Source: Lytechinus pictus (taxonomy: Eukaryota). From it: DNA of 64,000 bases. Both the position numbers and the translations under genes were made by a program. Numbering within the stretch: position 1 is the stretch's first letter; every line of letters starts with the position of its first letter. The stretch is from contig NC_087252.1 in the NCBI RefSeq assembly GCF_037042905.1, forward strand, positions 15,936,001 to 16,000,000, written 5' to 3'. Below the pieces are notes generated by a model. That model had not been told where the DNA came from. It saw only the letters and a list, made by a program, of their open reading frames with translations, and ran no database searches. Shown piece after piece: positions 25,791-37,318 of this stretch.

Positions 25791-26912
25791 TTGTTTTATG
25801 GTAAAGTGTTTACTTTTATCATCAAATTGTTGAGTATATGCCTATTTACTTTAGAATATATATATTTTTTTTTTTCGGCCCCCACCCCCTATTGGCGAAA
25901 GCTGGATCCGCCCCTGAAGACCGATGAAAGACTGTTTTGAACCATTTCAAAAAGTTTTGGAGATCATGGAGACCACGAAGACCACTGAAAGAGCCATCAG
26001 GAATCGTGAAAGACCTCAGAGATCTTTGAAAGAAGGACGCTTGAAAGATCAAGCAAATTTCATGGTCTCACAGCAGTCTTTCAGAGGTCTTGCTCTCAGT
26101 GTCTCCCAGCGAGACCATGTATTCACCAAAAAAGGATATTAACCTAGATTCTCAAATACATGAAATAAAAAACAGGTACCCATGATTCTTAACCCTATCT
26201 AGGCGCCTAAACGACTGATTCAATATTTTTGCCATACAAATTTTTTTTACCACGACGGTCCCTTTTTTTTTACTTCCAAATCTTGCGCAACTTTTGAAAC
26301 CACTTTTGCCACACCCAAACACGCGGTTCTGAAATTACACAACATATTGGAACTGTATGTCAGACCAAAAATTGCTCAAAAATTGCTCAAAAAAGTGATT
26401 TCATGTACAAAGTCAATGGAAATTGTTATTTCAACAAAAAATCATAAATATATGATTATTTTTAGTTTTGCTGGTTTAAATGGATTTACTTTATGTTGTT
26501 TATGATCTTAAAAGTCCCTGACAAAGTTAATTGAAAAAAACAATGACAAACAAAAGGTTAAGAAAACAAGGGAATACAAAAGAAATTGCAAAACAAATAC
26601 ATAAGATATTGATCTGATATCGCAATTTTTCATGTACATTTGCTAAGAACAAGACAAAGAGTTTCTACATGTATACCAAAAATCAGACAATTTGTAGCTT
26701 TATTTAGGGAGTCGGAGGAAAAAGTATAATTTTGCATACTAATTATGCATTCGGATGAATCAAATTACATACAATTTTGTATAATATGTTCCAGACAACC
26801 TGCATGCAATTTTTGATGCAATCGTGAGATCAACGATTAAGATCTCAAGGCAGGCCTGAGCCCCCCCCCCCCTCCCGACCGTATGAACTCCCAAAATACC
26901 AGTGTATCTTAC

Positions 26913-26993
26913 CTTGTGTGGTCCATTGGTCTTGAGCTGTATCAGGGTTGGTCATGTCTTCATCTATTTCCTGTTTGATGGTAATGGTTTGAC
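26913..26993 (-). CDS. 81-nt phase-1 exon of the ZNF gene, copy C (GQTITIKQEIDEDMTNPDTAQDQWTTQ)
   Basis: tag|GTCAAACC...ACACAAG|gtaaga. Open frame. Its terminal G plus AT at 2803 gives GAT in frame with the finger exon. Confidence 0.8.
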
Positions 26994-27156
26994 CTAATAT
27001 GAGCAGATAAATAGTAAGCAAATAATGAAGATAACAATCAACCCGGGGGGAGGGGGGGGGGGCACTTCCATTGACGAGTGGATACCATGCGCGACCATGG
27101 GGTCTCGAAAAGCACCCTAAAATGGATTTTCCATATTCTGAAAATGCACCCCTTAA

Positions 27157-27755
27157 AGGTCAAGTCCACCTCAGAAAAATGTTGATTTGAATCAATAGAG
27201 AAAAATCAGACGAGTACAATGCTGAAAATTTCATCAAAATCGGATGTAAAATAAGAAAGTTATGACATTTCAAAGTTTCGCTTATTTTTAACAAAATAGT
27301 TATATGAACGAGCCAGTTACATCCAAATGCGAGAGTCGATGATGTCACTCACTATTTCTTTTGTTTTTTATTGTTTGAATTATACAATATTTCAATTTTT
27401 ACGAATTTGATGATTAGGACCTCCTTGCCTGAAGCACAAAATGTTAAAATAATGGAATTCCACGCGTTCAGGGAGGAATGAAACTTCATTTGACATGACA
27501 ATGACGAGAAAATAACAAATATTTCATATTTCATATAATGAAATACAAAAGAAATAGTGAGTGAGTGATGTCATCAGTTCCCTCATTTGCGTACCAACTG
27601 AGATGTGCATATAACTGTTTTGTAAAATGAAGCGAAACTTTCAAATGTCATAACTTTCTTATTTTACATCCGATTTTGATGAAATTTTCAGTGTTATGCT
27701 TGTTGAATTTTTCTCTTTTTATTCAAATCAAGTTTTGTTGGGGTGTACTTGTCCT
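27157..27755. mobile_element. Kolobok-like MITE
   Basis: ttaa|aggtcaagtccacc ... ggtgtacttgtcct|ttaa; long internal inverted repeats. Confidence 0.75.
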
Positions 27756-27915
27756 TTAAGTATTGGCATGTGAAACCCTGCCCTTAACAAGTATTGGAAA
27801 CAAAACGATAACCTGCAAGTGAAAACCCGAACCATACCGTCCCGTATAATCCAATAATTAGCAAGCGAGACCCGCTGACCCGTCGGGTTTTAACCAGCAG
27901 GTCAATTCATCTTTG

Positions 27916-29000
27916 AACAAGGCAATCGCCAAGCGTTGTCTCGCCTGCATATTGCAGTCATGAATAGACTGCATGTCAAAACTATGCTATATGACTTCTG
28001 AGGCTGTCAGCAGTTTAGTGGTGTGAATTGTGGTTCTGACAGTTTGCATATGCAATAATGGCATAGGCCTACTTTATCCCTAGAAAATGAGATAACACTA
28101 AGAATGCTGTTAAAGCTATAATTATTTCCATGCAAGTAAGGAAATGAATGTTAGTGAAAAAGAATGTAATTGATATTAATGTGAGTAAAATTAAATCAAT
28201 TATAAAGGTGTTATGGCAAACTTATTGTTTGAAAAAATGGAGGAAAGGTTGTGCATGAAAGATAAATATAAAAACTTATTGTGTGTGATTTTTAGCCATC
28301 TTGCCTTCACTTTAGCAGTAGGGTTTTCTAAATTGATCTGTGTGCATATGATAAGTAAATGATGCAAGAGTGAAGTACTACATGTACAAGCTATAATAGA
28401 AAGTTATTGTGTGTACAACACAGCACAGTGCCAGTCATGGAAAGTTCATTGACCTTTGACCTTAATATAAAAACTTATTGTGTGTGATTTTCAGCCATCT
28501 TGCCTTCACTTTAGCAGTAGGGTTTTCTAAATTGATCTGTGTGCTTATGATAAGTAAATGATGCAAGAGTGAAGTACTACAAGTACAAGCTATAGAAAGT
28601 TATTGGGTGTAGAACACAGCACAGTGCCAGTCATGGAAAGTTCATTGAGCTTTGACCTTAATCAAATTCAACTCACATTCGAACTTGACCTGCACCTTCA
28701 AGAGAGGGACCTCTTGTATGAATTTGGCAATCCTAGCTCGAAGAAAAAGTTATTATGTGTACAACATAGCACAGTGCCAGTCATGGAAAGTTCATTGACC
28801 TTTGACCTTATTCAAATTCGACTCATATTCGAACTTGACCTGTGCCTTCAGGAGATGGACCTCTGGTATGAATTTGGTGATCCCACCTCGAAGCTATAAA
28901 AAGTTATTGGGTGTACAACACAATTGTTGACGACGCCGCCGGAAATAGTGATACCTACATGTAAACCTATGTCTCGCTCCACTACGCAGGCGAGATAAAA
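27916..29000 (-). mobile_element. HINE/Helentron-like element (tgacctttgacct family)
   Basis: SubTIRs gtctcgcctgc / gcaggcgaga, terminal A-runs, internal tandem repeats. Confidence 0.65.
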
Positions 29001-30248
29001 ATGAAAAATATTATTTCTGCAATCCCCACGATATACAGGCTCAAATCAGGAAAATATATGCAAACTACTAACCTAGCCGAGAGTGAATTTACTTACAATT
29101 TGCAAATTCGCCTTTTATTCCGGAGAGAAAAGTGTTTTTTTTTTGGTGACTTTGTACCACGAAATGGGTCTGCTCTGATCTCGAAATTGAAAGCATTACG
29201 CAATTAACTCCTCGGATCGGAGCCACAGCTCAGCGCGCGCTAGCTAGCCCAGGCTGCCCAGCAAAGATCGGCAATGTTGTTTTTCAGTCCAGGTCGGTCG
29301 ACACAGCGACTCACAACAATCATAATTACAATATTCGATTCTATGGGACCTCGTCTATAAAGTAATCAAAATTGAAATAAATACCTGGATAATGATACAG
29401 TCAATTTTTTCCTCTCGTATATCTCCAGATTATTTCCTTCTGTTTTTGTATTTCATTCGATAAAATGCGATTGCTTTTGACTGCACTGCACTGGCGCTCC
29501 TTTGAAAGAGCAACTCGATGTATTATGTCGAACTGTCTCAGTCCTGTTCACTGTTCTCAAGACAAAAATATGCCGGCATTTTAAAAATATCTACGTCTCT
29601 AAAAGAATCCGCCACGTAAAAAGCACATGATCCGAACTCAATTTTCATTGTTGTTTTTATTATGCGTCGTTACTACTCCCTTTTTTTCGCATGACGGTCT
29701 GCGGGTTTGAGAATGAACTCGGCCTGGCCCGCAACCCGTGATCGGGATAATACCGGCAGGTTAACCCGTACCGCAACGGGAGCGGGTTACAACATTAACT
29801 CTTGGCAAGAATTCCTTGAAATGAACCCCTTAACAAGTACAGCTATATTTTATTGTTATGTCATGGGTCCATCGGTCGTTGGTTTTACCTTTGACACACC
29901 ATTTGGTTTAGTACGGCCCCACCTTCAAAACCTTGCGCAAATCGGACTCTAAACACGTACATTATAATTTTGTTTTGTCATCCCAGCAAATTATGACCCT
30001 AAACAAGTAGCTCTCCTAGCAAAAAATATACCCCTTTTCATCATTTTAATGTTTTTGACACCCTTATCACGTTACATACGTAACATGCCCTATCTTGAAA
30101 AAGACATCCTTTTTAAGTGTTTTTTGGTCGTGCATGGTACCGACTCGTCAATGTAAGTGCCCCCCCCCCCCCAGGCAATCAATAATGTTTGACTCTTTGA
30201 ACATCAATCAAGCTTGTTCTAGAACATACATGAACCAGTGTATCTTAC

Positions 30249-30329
30249 CTTGTGTGGACCATTGTTCTTGAGCTGTTTCAGGGTTGGTCATGTCTTCATC
30301 TACTTCCCATTTTAACATGAAGGTTTGAC
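30249..30329 (-). CDS. 81-nt phase-1 exon, copy B (GQTFMLKWEVDEDMTNPETAQEQWSTQ)
   Basis: tag|GTCAAACC...ACACAAG|gtaaga; paralogous to copies A and C; open frame. Confidence 0.75.
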
Positions 30330-30453
30330 CTAGTATGAACACAGATAAATTGTAAGTATATAATTAGATTGATGGATAACAGAAAGCAAAAGATTAACCC
30401 TTTAAACATCAATCAAACTTGTTCTAGAACATACATGAACCGTAATATCTTAC

Positions 30454-30534
30454 CTTGTGTAGTCCATTGTTCTTGAGCTGTATCAGGGTTGGTCATGTCT
30501 TCATCTACTTCCTGTTTGATGGTAAAGGTTTGAC
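30454..30534 (-). CDS. 81-nt phase-1 exon, copy A (GQTFTIKQEVDEDMTNPDTAQEQWTTQ)
   Basis: cag|GTCAAACC...ACACAAG|gtaaga; 205 bp from copy B; open frame. Confidence 0.8.
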
Positions 30535-30910
30535 CTGATATAAACAAAGTAACAATGTAAACAAATTAAGAGCTTGCTTAAATTCACTCTTGAAAAACTT
30601 GAAAGAATCTTGCTATTATATTTTTAAACAAGAATACATGTTCCCCCCACTAATTATTTTTGTATTTCATAATATAAGATATCTTGAATTTCTGTCATGT
30701 TATTTGTCAAATTAAAAGTAAAAGAGCAAAAGAAATAGTGTGGGATATCATCGACTTTCTCATTTGCGAATTACTACTTGGTGCATCAACTGTAAAATGT
30801 AAGTAAAATGTCACAGCCTATATATCACACCCAATTTTGATGAAATTTTCAATGTTATGCATGTTTTGTTATTCTTTATTGATTCAAATCAACATTTTCA
30901 GGGATAGACT

Positions 30911-32024
30911 TAGCCTCTTGTCGAGGCCCTGTCGGCTGCTTTCCGAGCGAACATGGCTAAACAAGGGAGAGAGCAAAGCAGAGTGCCGTGAGACAGGGCC
31001 TCTCGACATCTGAGCCGAATTTCACTGACTTTCTTCTGTTTTTTAATGTTTTGACCAATATTCCGACCAAGAACTGGTCGTTGAAAATCATCCAATGACA
31101 GCGCAGGCTGCTATGACGTCATATTGCATATTCATGAGCTCATCTTGAATGGCAACCCGTGGATTCTTGGCGAAGAGTGACGATGAAATATCAAAGAGCA
31201 TTGAATATGCCTCTAAAATGCTGAATATTGACCAATTTAAGGATTTGCAAGTTGATGAAATTAAATCTGCACTGAAAGGACAAGATGTTTTTGTAAATCT
31301 ACCCTCAGATATCGAAAAAATGTGATCTTTCATGCGATTCCACTATGCGTCAATTATTGATCTCTGCTGTGCAGTGAGGGAATGCTGGAGTGGAGCTTCC
31401 CCTTGACTCGAGCCTGACCAGCGACTGACCGGTATCTCCCGGGAAGGTTCAGGGCGGTGATGGGTCTGCCTGTTGCGGCCAGTACTAGTAGTACAGGGGC
31501 GGATCCAGCTTTTTATAAAGGGGGGGGTTGAGGTGGTATGCGAGGGAGCGTAGCGACCGATTCCAAGCGAGCGGAGCGAGCGAGGGGGGAGGGTGTGGGA
31601 GGGGGGTATCCCCCCTCCCACAGTAGGGAAAATTTTTGAAAATCTGTGTGTGAAAATGGCGTTTTCTTGCATCTAAAACACCACTCTTTTTGGTATAGAG
31701 GTCGTTGCCAAATTAACCCCCATGAAAAATTGTAAAATTAAGTTGCATTTTCCTGCAATGTAAGGCCAGTTAACAACACAGATACAAAAAATTGGGGACC
31801 TTGGAATAAGCACTGTTAGCCTAATACTTTTATTATGAACAGCTTGTCACTGATACTCACTGGCAAATCTCAGTCAAATATGATGGACTGGCTGAAGAGA
31901 AACGCTGGCTTAGCTTGTCACTTCGGCGGTGGCCCGTGTCCTCAAACAAGCTGATGGGGGGGGGGGGGCAAGGGACTCTGTGACATTTGTTCGCCCAACC
32001 CCCCCCCCCCCTCCCCCAAACAGA

Positions 32025-32055
<31 letters not shown>

Positions 32056-32255
32056 GAAATAAATACATAGAAATAGAATAAAATAAAATTACAAGTTTTA
32101 AAAAAAAGATAAGATTTAAAAAAATGGTCCCCGGATTTTTTTTTGGGGGGGGGTTGCGACCCCCCAACCCCCCCTCTAGATCCGCTTCTGTAGTAGCAGC
32201 AGTAGTACCACTGCTTGTAGCATTTTGCTGGTTATATTCCCTTTAATAGTGTCCT
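30911..32255 (+). pseudogene. Academ(H)-like transposon end with decayed RecQ-family helicase fragment
   Basis: Starts TAGCCTC. ATG 31149 gives ...FKDLQVDEIKSALKGQDVFVNLPS, then after a 1-nt frameshift (G)YRKNVIFHAIPL (motif I). ILLVIFPLI (motif Ia-like) follows at 32222-32248, beyond a MITE. Confidence 0.7.
31494..32190. mobile_element. MITE with CAGGGGCGGATC termini
   Basis: caggggcggatcc ... gatccgcttctg; flanks tagtagta / tagtagca. Confidence 0.65.
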
Positions 32256-32939
32256 CCAATCAAATGAATCCCCTGCAGAATAGTGGACTACTATTTTATT
32301 CCGAACCCCGGACAAAACAGCTTTGACATTTCATTGGTTTACTAGCCCAATGAAAAAATGCGCACAGGATGTTCAGTGATACTTGATTACTTTTATGTCC
32401 AAGTTTCATGGACTAGGTCCATATATTTTCTAAGTTATGATGACATTTCAAAAACTTAACCTTAGGTTAAGATTTTGATGTTGATTCCCCCAACATGGTC
32501 TAAGTTCATTGACCCTAAATGACCTTTGACCTTGGTCATGTGACATGAAACTCAGGCAGGATGGTCAGTAATACTTGATTACTTTTATGTCCAAGTTTCA
32601 TGAAGTACATGAGAAAGTCTGTAAAACGAGGTTTAATTGTCAGTATATCATCGAGGATCTAGATCTGACAGTTACATAAACTGAACTTTGTGAAATCATA
32701 AAATCTAAGCTGAAATACGATCACACTGAAGATCACCAACACAGATAGGCACACGTGGGACAGTGTATTATTATTGCTGGAATAAAGACCTGACGGAAGT
32801 GACCGAATCCGCGCTTATTTTGCTTTTTTCTCAGCAATAATACAATTTCTTCCAGAATCCTTCGGCACATATTTTTTATTCATACAAACAGAGACTTGGG
32901 TGTTCATTATATTAGATTCTGTAATAAGTAATTTTGAGA

Positions 32940-33531
32940 TCGTTCCCGAGATTTAGTTCTGTCCATTCCCATCATACAAGAAATGCATTCAACCGTGGAA
33001 TCTTGGTTCCACGGGCACGCACCAAAGCTGGTAAAAGAGCCTTCTCCCATCACGGTGCGTGCCTGTGGAACCAACTTCCTAATGAAGTTAAAAACTCCAC
33101 GTTGAAATCTTCCTTTACATCGTCATACTGGAGGCATAGATACACCCATTTTAATATATAAGTAAGAATTATATTTTCAGACTATACATTATAGTGTAAA
33201 TGGTGATGTGCCTTCTTCTCCCGCTTCCGCTCTCTTCTTTTTTTTTTAACCTCAACTGATCCTTACCTTCTATCTTTTTTTCCCCTATTACTTTCTACTT
33301 GTAGCTCTGGGTTAAATTATTTTTCTCAATTTCACACACAATTTTTTGTTATTAGATTTGTACTTAAAATTTCCATCTGTTTATGTTCAGGATTTGAATT
33401 TTTCATTTGTATTGTATATATGCTTGTATTTTGTTTTGTATCATGTTATACAGGGCCCCGAAGTACAACAGTATTTGACTACTGATGGGGTTACCCTGTA
33501 TAAATAATACCAAATAAATAAATAAATAAAT
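32940..33531 (+). mobile_element. 3' fragment of an L2/Crack-group LINE
   Basis: ORF2 C-terminus H.H.TR...VPRARTKAGKRAFSHHGACLWNQLP, T-rich 3' UTR, terminal stem-loop and (AAAT)n tail. Confidence 0.8.
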
Positions 33532-34401
33532 GAATAGAACTGGAATTTATCTTAAGGTAAAATATATAGGCCTACTGAAGTAGTGGGGAGAGTTGCTCAC
33601 AAGTGACATCACACATTTCTGTCACATTGCCAATTTGAGGATCTCCAAAGCATTAGTGATTGCAATATTCAAATGCTCATAACTTTCTCATTATTTGTTC
33701 GATTTTTCTCAAACCTGGTGGGAAAAGTGTGATCTTGACCCGATTAAAAGGTGCCGCATATCAAGAGTGGCATTGTAAGAAAGTACAGAAGTTCAGCCTC
33801 ATGGTGATATAGATATCATTGAGGATCAAAATAAAAAGTTTTGCATAATTTTCAAAAGAAAACAGAGGAAGTAAATTCAGTTTTGAGGAAATTTCAGGCC
33901 AGAAATTTATTTATTTAACAAAATATTGTATACAAAATAAATGACCAAAATGAAAGATCAACATTTACTCTATCAGATGGTGCAATAATATTTCATTAAA
34001 CTTGAGGTTAAAACAGGTAAATTCTTATTAGAGAAAGAAAATCTCACTAATCACAAGATTTTGCAAGGAGGATTCAGCCACAAGAAGATTTTGATGAAGC
34101 TGGCCTTTTTGCTCATTAGTATCGGGGCCTGCGGTCAGACTGTATAGGGGTTATCGAGTGCAAAATTTGTGGAAATCAATTAGCACTTAAGTGTCAAGTA
34201 AAGAGTTTTTGTCCTCTCTTTGTATTAAAATGATCACCAAATTATCCTCATTTTCCAGGGCACTGTTAGATACACTTTTTCTCCCCAATTTTTCCTTATT
34301 TATATTTTACTTTTATTTTTTATACCGGCTCCTAAGTGCCACTCAGCAAGGCTCGGTGCGCCACAAGTGGCGCGCGTGCCACCATTTGAGAATCCCTGTT
34401 C

Positions 34402-34854
34402 TAGAGAGTAAAAATCATTTACTGACATATGCTTACTCTCAATGAAGCCAGGTATTCCTTCCCATTCATCTGCATGTACCGCCAAAAAACTTGAAACTGT
34501 CGCCCCCGAGATTTCTACTTTCCTTCTAAAGGCAAAGAACAATAGGAACAATAGGAAACAAGATGGCGGCGTAAACATCGGACAAGTCTCTTCTGTCTCT
34601 TCATAATATTTTAATCATTTTTTTGATGAATTCTTGTTTAAAATAAAATCCATGGCGTAGAAATGTCGGAAATTAATTGTATCCCATGTTGGGCCTAACG
34701 TAAGGCACACATGATTTAGGGCTAGATCTTTTTAGAAGGAAAGTAGAAATCTTGGGCGAAAGTTTCAGGTTTTTTGGTGGTACATGCAGATAAATGGGAA
34801 TACCTGGCTTCATTGAGAGTAAGCATACGTCAGTATACTGATTTTTACTCTCTA
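34402..34854. mobile_element. TAG-terminated MITE related internally to the 39450 family
   Basis: tagagagtaaaaatca ... tgatttttactctcta, ~120-bp arms; shares gaaact.tcgcccccgagatttctacttt. Confidence 0.65.
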
Positions 34855-36102
34855 GCACTCATGGGATCAATGCATCTCGCGTGCGAAGGATTAATATGCA
34901 CACGGTGCACGCGAATATTTCACACTGAATCTTTACTGAAATAACTATGCCATTACATTTTAGATAATGATTCTAATTGTGCTATGACACTTACCAAACC
35001 ATATGAATCGTTTCTTGACTTCTCTTTGCTGTTTTTTAAATAAAATAAAAGCATTTTTTCGTGATCCTCAGGTAGATGCCTCTGGATCATCGTGGATATC
35101 AATTTTTGCCTAAAGAGGGCGTGCGATATTATTCACAAGACGTTTGTTTACGGTTCTGCAGCTTATACTGCTAGCTGCATTTTAGACGCTCAGCATTATT
35201 TTCCTCTTTCTGTTTTTTTTGCTGTCAAGCGGTATTTTCTATTGTGCCATCACCGATGATGAAATGTAAAGAGTCGCCTTGAAATGAAGAAAAATTGTGT
35301 CACATTAATTTGTTAGTTTGTTTCCTATTTTTTGCACTTTTTTCTTCTTCCTCATCTATGATCAAAGGTGAATACCTTTTTTTGATATCTGTTCTAGAAG
35401 CTGGACATTTTAAATATTTTGTTCAAGTAAATAAATCAACAGGATAGTAATCAAAATGCGATAGAGCTGCCCGAGCTGAAAATTCTGATGATACAACTTA
35501 CAAGGACTTGAAAATAAAACAAGGACTTGAAAATAAAACATTCTGAGCACTTTTTATAACCATGATGAGGAGACCTATATATATATATAGATAGATAGAA
35601 ATAAGCCAACACGAAAAAAGACGTTTTGGGGACTGTTAAATAAGAATTCATGAGTGGGATAGGTAACTATCTATTGTATTCATGTTCATTTTCTATTATT
35701 ATTTGTGTGTTGTGTTTATTTTTCTTGAAGCACCAAAAGGTGGGCATGTCCGCTAAAATATATTAACGAAGTCACTATTATTATCATAAGCTAACTGATC
35801 AAAATGCGAGCGTGAAACGTGAGCTTCTTTTTTTCTTAATTCAGTCTTAACGATACTTTTTCATCATATTTTAAAGGTGAATCTCATGATTCAAAATGAT
35901 AAATGCTTGTCGCACGGGCAGAAATAGCGGGACCAACAGTTATTTTCAATATTCTGAACTGCATTCTGGACGTTGTATAAGCACATTTGTAATTTGTATA
36001 ACAATTAAAATGGTAGGCCTATTTACCTTACAAATTATGCGAGCGCTGAACTTTTGGACATTTAAACCTCAACAAATGGACATTACAAGCATTTTGAAAA
36101 TA

Positions 36103-37318
36103 CAGGGTTGTTGATTTTTTTTATTTTTTAAAAAAAATCAAAAATATCTGATTTTTTTTATTTTAATCTGATTTTTATGATTTAAATCAGATTTTTAATT
36201 TTTTTTTCCAACGAAAAATAATGGTCACACTTAACAAGTTTTAAACTATATTTAAACTGTTTTACACCAATAATAGCACTGGTCAAGTAGTCTTTTGAAT
36301 ATTGTGTATTGTACTATTTGACACAATAATCCACTTATATACAGGTAATTTAAAAAAAAAATATTTTATTTATTTGCATTATAGAGAGGGAAATTTTATG
36401 GAAGCCCAAGTAATGTAATGTATTATGTATACATTTAAACTTTTGAAATTTTTATATCAGTAAGTTCAAAACATCCGAAGTGTTACTCCAATGCATGAAG
36501 TACTCAAAGAACTTGAGAATTTCCAACACAATTGACATTATTAAAGGCCTGTTAGGGTTCCGGTACTGCCCTTGGGGATTTTAGCTAGGAATATTTCCTA
36601 GAACTATCACATGGGGGGACTTCCCAACTAACAGCTGGTAATAGCTAATAAACAAAGGGTTTTGCAGCTTTTGTGATGCATGAATAAGCATACAGTAACA
36701 CTTGCCCAGCAACTTTCCCATTTTTAAATTTTTACTTATTAAGTATACATGTGTACTTTAAAATTGTGTAATTGAATGTATGGGTATTGATAAGAAAATA
36801 CACAAGCATGCAAATATACATGTAATTCTTATCAAATGTACACATATGCCTTCAACTTAAGTAATTGAAAGAATGGGTATTAATAGTAACAAGAAGGAGG
36901 TACATACAAGTAGTTCAGCCTGTTTTGTAAAAGTATCCAAGTTGTGGACTTTGAGCACCTTTGTAGATTTTATATATTATTTTATTGAAGATTTAACAGT
37001 TTGGTGTACATACAGAGAGTTATTTATCATTACTTTGTTAGAAACTTGTTGTTTTCATCAGTTTTGCTTGTTTTGCAATTTGAAAATAAAACAGTGGTGT
37101 TAAATCAGACTCCATGAGGGTGTATCATTCTTTTAAAGTATCTCTAAAGCATGTGGAACAGAAATGAAAATGATTACATTGAAAGTATCTGTTAAAAAGA
37201 AGAGAAAATAGAGAAAACTAATTTTTTCATAAAAGTTGATTTAAATCAGTGATTTTTTTGAAAAAAATCAAGTGATTTAAATCGCGATTTAAATCATGAT
37301 TTAAATCAAACAACCTTG
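36103..37318. mobile_element. hAT-like non-autonomous element
   Basis: tgaaaata|cagggttg ... caaccttg|tgaaaata (perfect 8-bp TSD); gatttaaatc subterminal repeats. Confidence 0.85.

Larger units (their letters stand above)
27042..30175. mobile_element. TIR element with poly-G termini inserted in the intron between exon copies B and C
   Basis: TIR cc(g)n-gcact.cattgacgagt...accatgc.cgacca at both ends; caatcaa direct repeat on the flanks. Confidence 0.75.
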
